Origin: Spirochaetales bacterium
GTDB lineage: Bacteria; Spirochaetota; Spirochaetia; Sphaerochaetales; Sphaerochaetaceae
Length of the DNA stretch: 64,000 bases
Direction: 5' to 3'
Assembly (NCBI GenBank): GCA_017470995.1
Contig: JAFUXI010000066.1
Location: 5,129-69,128, forward strand
Shown: positions 1 through 8,187 of the stretch, piece after piece
Numbering within the stretch: the first letter of the stretch is position 1
How the letters are laid out: every line of letters begins with the position of its first letter
Made by a program: the position numbers and the translations under genes
The notes under the pieces: model-generated
Seen by the model: the letters and a program-made list of their open reading frames with translations, nothing else
Databases searched by the model: none
Told to the model about the DNA's origin: nothing

Positions 1-441
1 TGAAAGCTCATGCGGTGCATGATGTAGATAGTCATCCACTCCCAGCAGGGAAGCGGCCTCACGGACACGCTTTTTCATCTCATCAAGGGGAACCCTGTCG
101 TTTTCCAGGGCAAAGGCTATGTCCTCCCCTACTGTCAGACCTATGAACTGGGCATCCGCGTCCTGGAGAACGGTTCCTATTGTCTTTGAAATGCTGAAGA
201 TATCCAGGTCCCTGAAGCTTTTCCCGTCTATGAGAAGCTCTCCTGTGGCCTGTCCGGGATAAGAAGCGGGGATAAGGCCGTTCATGCAGTGCACCAGCGT
301 GGATTTGCCGCATCCGGACGGACCGCATATGAGGACCTTCTCCCCTTTTTTTATAGTGAGGTTTATGTCATACAATGTGGGCTCAGCCTGAGCCGCATAC
401 TTGAATCCGAAATTTCGGAATTCAATTACATTTTCAGACAC
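1..441 (-). CDS. ABC/ECF-type transporter ATP-binding protein, N-terminal part (gene continues past window start)
   Basis: This frame is absent from the ORF track because it runs off the window. Manual translation from GTG at 441 gives VSENVIEFRNFGFKYAAQAEPTLYDINLTIKKGEKVLICGPSGCGKSTLVHCMNGLIP..., with Walker A GPSGCGKST. It starts 9 nt after the S-component stop. Confidence 0.85.
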   Translation of the reverse strand, partial: MSENVIEFRNFGFKYAAQAEPTLYDINLTIKKGEKVLICGPSGCGKSTLVHCMNGLIPASYPGQATGELLIDGKSFRDLDIFSISKTIGTVLQDADAQFIGLTVGEDIAFALENDRVPLDEMKKRVREAASLLGVDDYLHHAPHELS

Positions 442-450
442 TGTAAATAA

Positions 451-999
451 TTACTCTTTCTTGAGGCTTCCTTCTGCAGGACGGGCCTTGCTGTATGCGA
501 AGCACAGAAGCGTTCCGATGACTGCAGTGGTGACGATGTTTGACAGACCGGCTACAAGACCCTGGGTAAAGACCTTGTTTGCAGGTTCTGCATAGATGAT
601 GATGTCAAAAATCGGTGCGATAAGGCCCCAGGCGATGATCTGCGCAACAACCTGGAAGATATTGAAGGTCAAAGCCTTCTTTGCATCGAACGGCTCGCTT
701 GAGAGGCAGAGCTTCTTTGCTGCAAGACCCATGATCAAGCCTGCTGCGCCGGATGCGATTACCCAGGACCACCAGATTCCCCAACCGTAGGAGAAATCAA
801 TCAGTGCATGTCCGATGAATGCTATGAGAAGACCTGCAAGCGGGCCGAAAAGACCGGCCATGAAGCCGAGAAGTCCGTACTGTGTGGAAAAATTGGTATT
901 TGGAACCGGTGTGGGAATGGAAACAAAACGTCCGAGAACGAAGAACAGTGCAGCACCGATACCGATAGCTACAACCGTGATGACAGGTGATTTTTTCAT
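451..999 (-). CDS. ECF transporter S (substrate-capture) component, UPF0397-like membrane protein
   Basis: 182 aa and polytopic. The N-terminus (VVAIGIGAALFFVLGRFVSIPTPVPNTNFSTQYG) is typical of UPF0397/ECF S components. An ABC ATPase gene lies directly downstream. Confidence 0.75.
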   Translation of the reverse strand: MKKSPVITVVAIGIGAALFFVLGRFVSIPTPVPNTNFSTQYGLLGFMAGLFGPLAGLLIAFIGHALIDFSYGWGIWWSWVIASGAAGLIMGLAAKKLCLSSEPFDAKKALTFNIFQVVAQIIAWGLIAPIFDIIIYAEPANKVFTQGLVAGLSNIVTTAVIGTLLCFAYSKARPAEGSLKKE

Positions 1000-1043
1000 A
1001 AAATCCCTCCATATACATATCTATTTCATGGGGAATTCTATAC

Positions 1044-1490
1044 TTATACGGAAAGCAAAGTCAACGAGGCATCGGCAAAGGAATCACCGCTTCTGGTTAT
1101 GAGGGTTATTCCCTGTGCCTTGACGGCATCGTCCACCAGAAGGTTCACTATCAGGGTGCAGGAGTCGCCCTCCCCTATGTCGGATTCGTCATACCTGACA
1201 GTGAACTGGATGGGGAAATTCAGAAGGTTGCGGATTCTCTGATGGGATATTTCGGTCACAAGACCGGTCGATGCATCTGTCTTGAGCATCGAGATGTCGA
1301 GGATATCGCTTGAGGTCGGGAAATAGAAGCCGGCTCCGTAGCTGACGGTACCTCGAAGAAGTCCGATGGAGCTCTGGCTCTTCTGTGTCTGTGTCAGGCT
1401 GAACTGCGTGGCTTGGGTCGAAGCAGTGGTACTGCAGGAAACCAGACAGAAGAAAACAAAACAGAGCAGAAGGAAGAAAAGCTTTCTCAT
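1044..1490 (-). CDS. lipoprotein, YbaY/YscW-like
   Basis: Signal peptide with lipobox (FFCLVSCS). The G.V.Y...L.I.ML.D.S...I..Q.I...P..F.V.YD pattern resembles YbaY/YscW-family lipoproteins. Confidence 0.6.
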   Translation of the reverse strand: MRKLFFLLLCFVFFCLVSCSTTASTQATQFSLTQTQKSQSSIGLLRGTVSYGAGFYFPTSSDILDISMLKTDASTGLVTEISHQRIRNLLNFPIQFTVRYDESDIGEGDSCTLIVNLLVDDAVKAQGITLITRSGDSFADASLTLLSV

Positions 1491-1493
1491 ATC

Positions 1494-1811
1494 TCAGACC
1501 TCAGGTCCCATTGTTTCTTCGTAATGCTCGGTACCGAGGTCGAGGATCCTGGAGATGTGCTCGTCATTGAGGGCATAGATGACGTTCTTGCCGTCCTTTC
1601 GCCAACGGACAAGCCTGGAGACCCTGAGGAGCTTGAGATGCTGGCTGGCAACTGACTGGGAGATTCCGAGGTTCGAGGATATCGTATTGACATTGGCTTC
1701 CCCCGCATCCAGAAGAAACAGGATGCGCAGTCTGGTCGGATCTCCGAAGACCTTGAAGAAATCAGCGATGTCAGTGACCTCCTCTTCAGGGAGGATTCTC
1801 TCTTGGGCCAT
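1494..1811 (-). CDS. ArsR/SmtB family transcriptional regulator
   Basis: 105 aa. Contains the motif FKVFGDPTRLRILFLL...ISSNLGISQSVASQHLKLLRVSRLV. Confidence 0.85.
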   Translation of the reverse strand: MAQERILPEEEVTDIADFFKVFGDPTRLRILFLLDAGEANVNTISSNLGISQSVASQHLKLLRVSRLVRWRKDGKNVIYALNDEHISRILDLGTEHYEETMGPEV

Positions 1812-1903
1812 TTTTACCTCGATATCAAGTATATTCTGAAAAGTGTTGTCTGAAAAGTTAAATCAAGATACCTTAGAAGAAGTTACACGATATAGGGATA
1901 GGA

Positions 1904-2716
1904 ATGGCAAAAAAGGAAAAGCCCTCGGGACAGCAGCGCTTCGAGCAGTATTACGGCGAACTCTATGGAGAAAGATGGCAGACCCTCAGGGAGGCCCTGC
2001 TCAAACCGTCCAATCCGGTTTCGCTCTCAGACAGGCTCGTTGAACCGTATTACATGGATCAGGCCTCAATTTTGGCTGCATCTATTCTTCCTATTTCGGA
2101 AAATAATTCCGTACTAGATATGTGCGCAGCCCCGGGAGGCAAGACTTTGAGCCTTGCGCTGCGTCTGAATGGTAAAGGAAGCCTCACTGCAAATGACCGT
2201 TCTGCCTCAAGGCGCAACAGGCTTCTGAACGTAATACAGACCTGTTTGCCTTCCGAATTGAGACAGATCATCAGGGTTACGGGCCATGACAGCACCAAAT
2301 GGTCGCTCCATGAGAAGAATGCCTACGACAGGATTCTTCTGGATGCGCCCTGCTCCTCCGAGCGTCATGTACTTACTGACAGCAGCGCTCTCTCCATCTG
2401 GAGCCCCAATAGGCCCAAGCAGCTTGCAATCCAGCAGTTTGCGATGCTCGCTGCTGCTCTGGATGCAGCCAAAGCCGGAGCATACATCCTTTACAGTACC
2501 TGTTCTATCTGCAATCTGGAAAACGAATTAGTCATTGAAAAACTCATTAGCCGCAGAAAAGGCCTTTTTGAAGAGGTAGATATGGTTGTTCATCATCCGG
2601 AGCTTGAAAATCTTTCAGAAAAACTGGAACATGGCCGTATAGTTCTTCCCGACAGGCAGAACGGTTGCGGTCCGCTCTATTTCTGCCTGATCAGGAAAAA
2701 GGAAACCGACGAATGA
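1904..2716 (+). CDS. RsmB/RsmF (NOP2/Sun) family RNA m5C methyltransferase, catalytic domain only
   Basis: SAM-binding motif LDMCAAPGGKT and catalytic motifs DAPCSSERH and STCS. Confidence 0.8.
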   Translation: MAKKEKPSGQQRFEQYYGELYGERWQTLREALLKPSNPVSLSDRLVEPYYMDQASILAASILPISENNSVLDMCAAPGGKTLSLALRLNGKGSLTANDRSASRRNRLLNVIQTCLPSELRQIIRVTGHDSTKWSLHEKNAYDRILLDAPCSSERHVLTDSSALSIWSPNRPKQLAIQQFAMLAAALDAAKAGAYILYSTCSICNLENELVIEKLISRRKGLFEEVDMVVHHPELENLSEKLEHGRIVLPDRQNGCGPLYFCLIRKKETDE

Positions 2717-3855
2717 ACAGCACAGCCTATGTTGCGATAGACAGATGCGAAAACTATAATCAGGAACAGATATTTTCTTGTCTTAAAGAACTTTGCGAAA
2801 AAGCAAACATGCCGGATGTAAGAGACAGGAAGGTTCTCGTAAAGCCCAATATCCTCTCAGATGCCAAGCCCGAGAACTGCATTACCACCCATCCGGAGGT
2901 CGTGAGGGCCGTAATCCGTATCCTTAAGGAAAACGGAGCCTCCGAGATCTACGTAGGTGATTCCCCGGGCCTTCACAACCCCGGTTTCTGCGGGAAAAAC
3001 TGCGGAATCCAGGATGTCTGCGTCCAGGAAGGGGCAATCTGGTGCAATTTCCTGCAGAATCCCGCAACAAAAAGGATAAACGGAACCAAAACGAAGCTTC
3101 CGATGGCCGGAATACTCGATGAAGTGGACATGGTGTTCTCCGTGTGCAAGTTCAAGACACATACGCTGATGTACTCCACGGGAGCCACAAAGAACCTTTT
3201 CGGTCTGGTTCCGAACCTGAACAAGGCCGTCTGCCACACGAAGTACCCCTCGAAGGAGAGCTTTGCAAAGCTTATCGTAGGAATCCATGAGACAATAAAG
3301 CCCGCATTCTGCATCATGGATGCAATCATAGGAATGGAAGGAGCAGGACCGGCTAACGGTAAACCCAGACCCATAAACATTTTACTTGCATCAGATAGCT
3401 GCTATGCCATGGATACTGCCGAGGCTCTGATCATGGGATATAACGTCGATGATATACCGATTCTCAACGAGGCACGAAGCCGCCATCTCCTTCCTCAGAA
3501 CATCGAATACCCCATTCTGGATGCTAGAAATCTTGTAATTGAGGACTTCGACCGCGTTCCCATAAGCAGAAAGACCCGTTTCATACGTTCGCTCGTCCTT
3601 CCTTTCTTCTCCACTCCTATCCTGAAAAGGAAGCAGAGACGCGAACCGGCCCCTCAATTCAATGACAAAAGGTGCATCCGCTGCCTCAGATGCGTTAATA
3701 TCTGTCCTGCAAAGGCCCTTGAGCTCAAGGAGGAGGCAGATAAGACCAAACATGTGGTCTGTGACTACAAGAAATGCATCAGATGCTACTGCTGCCACGA
3801 GATGTGCCCGGTCGATGCTATTACAGTACACAACAGGGAGAATAAAGAGAAATGA
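2713..3855 (+). CDS. DUF362 domain protein with C-terminal 2x[4Fe-4S] ferredoxin domain
   Basis: Start trimmed to ATG 2713 (ATGA overlap with the upstream stop). Contains a KVLVKPNI DUF362-type core plus CIRCLRCVNICP and CIRCYCCHEMCP cluster motifs. Confidence 0.8.
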   Translation: MNSTAYVAIDRCENYNQEQIFSCLKELCEKANMPDVRDRKVLVKPNILSDAKPENCITTHPEVVRAVIRILKENGASEIYVGDSPGLHNPGFCGKNCGIQDVCVQEGAIWCNFLQNPATKRINGTKTKLPMAGILDEVDMVFSVCKFKTHTLMYSTGATKNLFGLVPNLNKAVCHTKYPSKESFAKLIVGIHETIKPAFCIMDAIIGMEGAGPANGKPRPINILLASDSCYAMDTAEALIMGYNVDDIPILNEARSRHLLPQNIEYPILDARNLVIEDFDRVPISRKTRFIRSLVLPFFSTPILKRKQRREPAPQFNDKRCIRCLRCVNICPAKALELKEEADKTKHVVCDYKKCIRCYCCHEMCPVDAITVHNRENKEK

Positions 3856-4334
3856 CCAGAATATACCTTCTGAGTGCATTATTGGGCATAATCCCAATTT
3901 CGGAGCTGAGAGGGGCAATCCCCTACGCCTATTTCAAAGAAGTACCGCTCTTCTGGGCATTCCTCATCGGAGTGCTTTCAAACGCGCTGGTGCCCTTCAT
4001 AGGCTTTGTGTTCTTTGCCACGCTGCACACTCTTCTGGACAAATGGAAGCTCTACCACAACTTCTTCGAGAAAACCATCGCCAGAGCGCGGAAAAAAGTC
4101 GGAGAAAAGGTTAATAAGTACGGCTTACTAGGACTTATGTTGTTTGTAGCTATACCTTTACCCATCACAGGCGCTTGGACGGGAACCATAGGAGCATGGG
4201 TTCTCGGACTGGATAGGAAGAAGAGCATACTATTTATAATTCTCGGAGTCCTGATTTCCGGAATCATAGTATCAACAGTCATCTATACAGGTGCAGGCAT
4301 TGCCAAGATATTTACAAAGACTGTAAATATTTAA
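3852..4334 (+). CDS. small membrane protein, COG2426 (putative small multidrug export) family
   Basis: 160 aa with 4 TM segments. Contains ISELRGAIPYA and IPLPITGAWTG motifs. Overlaps the upstream gene by 4 nt. Confidence 0.65.
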   Translation: MTRIYLLSALLGIIPISELRGAIPYAYFKEVPLFWAFLIGVLSNALVPFIGFVFFATLHTLLDKWKLYHNFFEKTIARARKKVGEKVNKYGLLGLMLFVAIPLPITGAWTGTIGAWVLGLDRKKSILFIILGVLISGIIVSTVIYTGAGIAKIFTKTVNI

Positions 4335-4335
4335 C

Positions 4336-5934
4336 TTAGTTTGTAAGCACTACTCCCAAACCAGCCGGAAGGCTGATTTCATTGTCTCTGACAGCTATAT
4401 TGACCCTATCGTAGGTGCACAGCGCCACATCCAGGCCTGAAACGCCGGGCGCGACGGTATCGAGCCTGATTGTCCGGGTTTTCCGGCTCATGTTCAGGAT
4501 CACTGCCGTGCATCTGCCGTCCTTGGTGAAGCTGTATGCAAGAACCGAAGAAGGAACGCCGCTGCAGAAGAAGGCATCGGCAAGACCGATCTCCGCCCTG
4601 CTCTTTCTGAGAGCTATGAGCTTTCGGTATAGGGCCAGCATCGTGTCCCTGTCGTGCTCCTGCCACTCGACGGTCAGGTGGCGCCAGAATCTGCTGTAGT
4701 TGGGCTTGAGCCAGGGCTTTGAATCAGAGAACCCCATGTTGGGCGAATAATCCCACTGCATTGGTCTGCGCTCAGCATCACGACCCTTCATGATAGGCCA
4801 GTACTGCTTTCCCAACGGATCCTGTATTTCCTTTAGTGAAAAATCTTTGCTTTGAAGTCCAAGCTCCTCTCCGAAGTAGATGACGCTGCACCCGCGCTGG
4901 ATCAGAAGGTAGACTGCAAGAAGCCTTCCCACGCTTTCGCTGTTGCCCGCACGGGTAATCGCGCGCGGCACATCGTGGTTGCTGAGCACCCAGCAGGGAG
5001 TCTTTCCCTTATCCAACGGGTTGAGTTCATACCATGTTTTGGCGGTTTTTCGCAAATTTTGAGCATTCAGACGCTTTTTTGTCATCGAGAACTCGAAGCA
5101 CAGCTGCAGTTCATCGTTGTTCTGACCTGTATAGGAGGCGCTCTGCTCCATCTGGCTCTTGCCCTGGATCATGATTTCACCCAGAAGCGCCCTGTCGTCG
5201 TACTCTGCTATCACGGAACGCAGCTGACGGATGTATTCGTGCGTATACTCGGTATTGCGGTCATAGATGTGGTTCTGCATGTCATAAGGCCTGGGAGTCT
5301 CGCCGAACATGAACGGATTTGACCTCAGCTGGGGGTCCTTTCCGACTGCATTGATGACATCAAGCCTGAAACCATCCACGCCTTTATCAAGATAAAACCT
5401 TACCTCATCGAAAATTGCATTTCTACAAGTCTCATCATGCCAGTTGAGATCCGGCTGCTCCTTGAGAAACGAATGCAGATAATACTGCCCGCGCTTCTGG
5501 TCGAAAGTCCATGCGCTTCCGCCGAAGCAGGCCTTCCAGTTATTTGGCACATTGTCTTTCCAGATATAGAAATCCGTGTACTGTCCTTCCCGGCTTCGGC
5601 TCTTCTCGAACCACGGATGCTGGTCCGAGGAATGGTTCAGCACCATATCCATCATGACCTTCAGACCCAGAGCATGGGCTTCGGAAAGCAGGGTCTCGAA
5701 ATCCTCCATCGAGCCGAAGATGCCGTCGATCTGCCTGTAGTCCGAAACATCGTAGCCGAAATCCTTCATCGGGCTCCTGTAGATGGGACTGAGCCAGATG
5801 GCATCGACCCCAAGACTCTTGATATAGGGCAGTCTCCGGACGATACCCTTAAGGTCCCCTATCCCGTCCGAGTTGGAATCCTGAAAGCTTCTGGGATAAA
5901 TCTGATAGATCACAGCTTTCTCATACCAAGCCAT
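4336..5934 (-). CDS. GH13 alpha-glucosidase / oligo-1,6-glucosidase
   Basis: N-terminus WYEKAVIYQIYPRSFQDSNSDGIGDLKG, plus GVDAIWLSPIY, GFRLDVIN, GEIM and SNHD motifs. Confidence 0.9.
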   Translation of the reverse strand: MAWYEKAVIYQIYPRSFQDSNSDGIGDLKGIVRRLPYIKSLGVDAIWLSPIYRSPMKDFGYDVSDYRQIDGIFGSMEDFETLLSEAHALGLKVMMDMVLNHSSDQHPWFEKSRSREGQYTDFYIWKDNVPNNWKACFGGSAWTFDQKRGQYYLHSFLKEQPDLNWHDETCRNAIFDEVRFYLDKGVDGFRLDVINAVGKDPQLRSNPFMFGETPRPYDMQNHIYDRNTEYTHEYIRQLRSVIAEYDDRALLGEIMIQGKSQMEQSASYTGQNNDELQLCFEFSMTKKRLNAQNLRKTAKTWYELNPLDKGKTPCWVLSNHDVPRAITRAGNSESVGRLLAVYLLIQRGCSVIYFGEELGLQSKDFSLKEIQDPLGKQYWPIMKGRDAERRPMQWDYSPNMGFSDSKPWLKPNYSRFWRHLTVEWQEHDRDTMLALYRKLIALRKSRAEIGLADAFFCSGVPSSVLAYSFTKDGRCTAVILNMSRKTRTIRLDTVAPGVSGLDVALCTYDRVNIAVRDNEISLPAGLGVVLTN

Positions 5935-6025
5935 ATAACCTCTGAATTAAAACTGTAGTATTTTACTATTGTTATGCTATCATTTCTATTAAATTACTAT
6001 ATTACAACGATTTAAAGAATACAAA

Positions 6026-6050
6026 AGTTCTATAGAATGACTATAGAACT
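6026..6050 (-). terminator. hairpin terminator after the parA-small ORF unit
   Basis: Perfect 10-bp stem AGTTCTATAG/CTATAGAACT with a 5-nt loop, followed on the minus strand by TTTTGTATTCTTT. Confidence 0.5.
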
Positions 6051-6086
6051 TTCCAAATTTTACAATGATACTTATATAACTTTTAT

Positions 6087-6326
6087 TCAGCTTTTGTATT
6101 TCTTTGAGAATTCTTTCAAAGCAAACCTGATTCCGCCTGCCCAACCAAGACCGAGCTCCGCGAACAGGTCCTCGAGCTCCTTCTTGAACGAAGGCTCAAT
6201 CGAAAACGTGGTGAGGATCTTGTTCTCTTTCCTGCGAACGCTGTCACTTGCAAAAAGCTGCTTGGCTTTTACGGTGATGTCTTCATTGTACTGGACTGAA
6301 TCTTCAGGGTTTCTCTTCAACGCCAT
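6087..6326 (-). CDS. small protein downstream of ParA, possible ribbon-helix-helix centromere-binding (ParG-like) protein
   Basis: 79 aa, with RBS GGAAGG. The C-terminal segment KILTTFSIEPSFKKELEDLFAELGLGWAGGIRFALKEF has a strand-helix-helix pattern. Lies 21 nt after the parA stop. Confidence 0.5.
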   Translation of the reverse strand: MALKRNPEDSVQYNEDITVKAKQLFASDSVRRKENKILTTFSIEPSFKKELEDLFAELGLGWAGGIRFALKEFSKKYKS

Positions 6327-6347
6327 AACACTACCTTCCTACCGGTC

Positions 6348-7109
6348 TCAGTCCCAGATGACACTTTCGAGCTTCATGATTGACTCAACCGTCTTATCCT
6401 TCAGCCCTCTGCCGCGCTCTTTATACTGCTGGGGAGCCATGGAGGCCTCCTGAGCCTTTCTGAACACGGGATCAACCGGAATCCTGTAGACCTCAAACGA
6501 ACCTTCCTGGGCCGCTTTGAGTATATCTCTATGTTGTTTTATTCTTTCATCGTAGGAATTGATTATGACCCTCGAGTGCCTGACCTGGCTGCGAAGGTTC
6601 TTCTTCAGTCTCTTGAGCTCGTCTATGAAAATCTCAAGACCGTCAAGGCTGAAGACTTCGGGTGTCATGGGTGTGATGACCTCATCGCTGGCAATGATGG
6701 CGGAACGCTCGAGCCTTCCGAGACCCGGCGAAAGATCCAGTATGATATGGTCGAAATCCTTGGACAGCTCATTGACCAGATCCTGGAGCACGAAGGGCTC
6801 CTCGGAGAGCTTGGTCTCGCTGTAGTTCTTCAGTACTCCGCCAATGCCGAAGGTCGGAAGCAGATAGAGGTTGGGAACCTGCTCCACCGGAACAAGCGCA
6901 TCCTTGATATAGCATCTGCCCTGCACGACATCGGCAAGCTCATACTTCGGGGTTTTCTTAAGAAACCAGGACGATGCGTTACCCTGCGGGTCAACGTCAA
7001 TCAGAAGAGTCTTGAAACCGTCCAGTGCGGACTGACATGCAAGAGTACCTGAAATAGTTGTTTTTCCGACACCACCTTTCTGAAGGTGAAACGCAATTGT
7101 TTTAGCCAT
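6348..7109 (-). CDS. parA: ParA/Soj-type partition ATPase
   Basis: Deviant Walker A (HLQKGGVGKTT), plus the LLIDVDPQGN and ILDLSPG motifs. Confidence 0.85.
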   Translation of the reverse strand: MAKTIAFHLQKGGVGKTTISGTLACQSALDGFKTLLIDVDPQGNASSWFLKKTPKYELADVVQGRCYIKDALVPVEQVPNLYLLPTFGIGGVLKNYSETKLSEEPFVLQDLVNELSKDFDHIILDLSPGLGRLERSAIIASDEVITPMTPEVFSLDGLEIFIDELKRLKKNLRSQVRHSRVIINSYDERIKQHRDILKAAQEGSFEVYRIPVDPVFRKAQEASMAPQQYKERGRGLKDKTVESIMKLESVIWD

Positions 7110-7294
7110 GATTTTACCCTAAAACAAATATATACTATGCAGTAAAATCATACAAGTCTTTTTTATTTTAAAATGCCTTTTGTACGCTTTTTTATGCAGT
7201 TCGATATTGATTTGCACTATTTTTATATAAGTTTTCTACAATTTTGATAGCCAAATACACCCATAATTGTAATAAACAGTAGCATTCTTTGCAT

Positions 7295-7318
7295 AAAAAA
7301 GGGACCCTTGCGGGTCCC
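7295..7318 (-). terminator. rho-independent terminator
   Basis: GGGACCC-TTGC-GGGTCCC stem-loop followed by a T6 run on the minus strand, just after the stop at 7352. Confidence 0.85.
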
Positions 7319-7351
7319 CTGTAACACCTTATCGGTGATTGTCAGTTTGCC

Positions 7352-8128
7352 TTACGAATCGCCGAGAAGGCTCCTGAGGAATTCATCATCCTCGGATTCG
7401 GGATCGGTATCCTGCTTGGATTTCACTGTCTCCTCGACCTCGCTGTCATAACCCGGCTTTTTCTCATAATAGGCATCTTCCCTTCTCTCGCGCCTTGCAC
7501 TGATGATAAGCGCAATGATGATGTAGATGACTCCGATGAAGCATACGAAGATTCCTGCGCTCAGAAGCTTTTCCTTGACGACGAAATTACCGACCTTCTT
7601 GATCAGGTCAGTCAGCTTATCGACGAAAGAAGCCTTCTTTGCATCCTTGGTTGTCTGAGGCTTTGCAGGCTCTGCTTCAGCGGGCTTCTCAGCTTCTGCA
7701 GGAGCTGCTTCGGCAACAGGCTTCTCTTCCTGTGCCGGCTGGGCTTCGGCTTCCTGCTCAGGTGCCGGTGCGGTGATTACCTGGCTCCAGTCCTGCTCGG
7801 CTTCAGCCTGCGGCTCTACCACGGCGGGCTCTTCTTCAACAGGCATCTCTGCAGGTGTTTCTGCTTCGGCAGTTTCTTCAGCAACTTGTTCTTCCGCAAC
7901 AACTTGCTCTTCTTCAGGTATAAATTCGACCTCTTCGGCCGGAGCTATTTCCTCAGCCGGAGCTTCCTGCTCGGGAGCTACTTCAGGCGTCTCAACGACC
8001 GCAGCAGCTTCCTCCACGACGGTCGGAACAACGGTCTCGACCTCCGGCTCGGAGACAGGCGTCTTGCCTGTGGCACAGGAAACCAGCAAGGATAGAATCA
8101 GTATCAATATCAGAAGGACTCTTCTCAT
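7352..8128 (-). CDS. acidic low-complexity lipoprotein with C-terminal TM helix
   Basis: Lipobox signal (LLVSCATG), about 170 aa of E/P/A/V-rich repeats, then a TM helix (LLSAGIFVCFIGVIYIIIALIISA) and an acidic tail. Confidence 0.6.
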   Translation of the reverse strand: MRRVLLILILILSLLVSCATGKTPVSEPEVETVVPTVVEEAAAVVETPEVAPEQEAPAEEIAPAEEVEFIPEEEQVVAEEQVAEETAEAETPAEMPVEEEPAVVEPQAEAEQDWSQVITAPAPEQEAEAQPAQEEKPVAEAAPAEAEKPAEAEPAKPQTTKDAKKASFVDKLTDLIKKVGNFVVKEKLLSAGIFVCFIGVIYIIIALIISARRERREDAYYEKKPGYDSEVEETVKSKQDTDPESEDDEFLRSLLGDS

Positions 8129-8187
8129 CTGAACCCCCTAATCATATATAACATAACATACAATCTATAGTTACTGCAAAGTTATAT

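Noticed and set aside
7650-8040. Repetitive GC-rich DNA that looks like a tandem repeat
   Set aside because: It is coding low-complexity sequence (E/P/A/V-rich) of the acidic lipoprotein gene. It has no fixed repeat unit and is not a CRISPR array or satellite.
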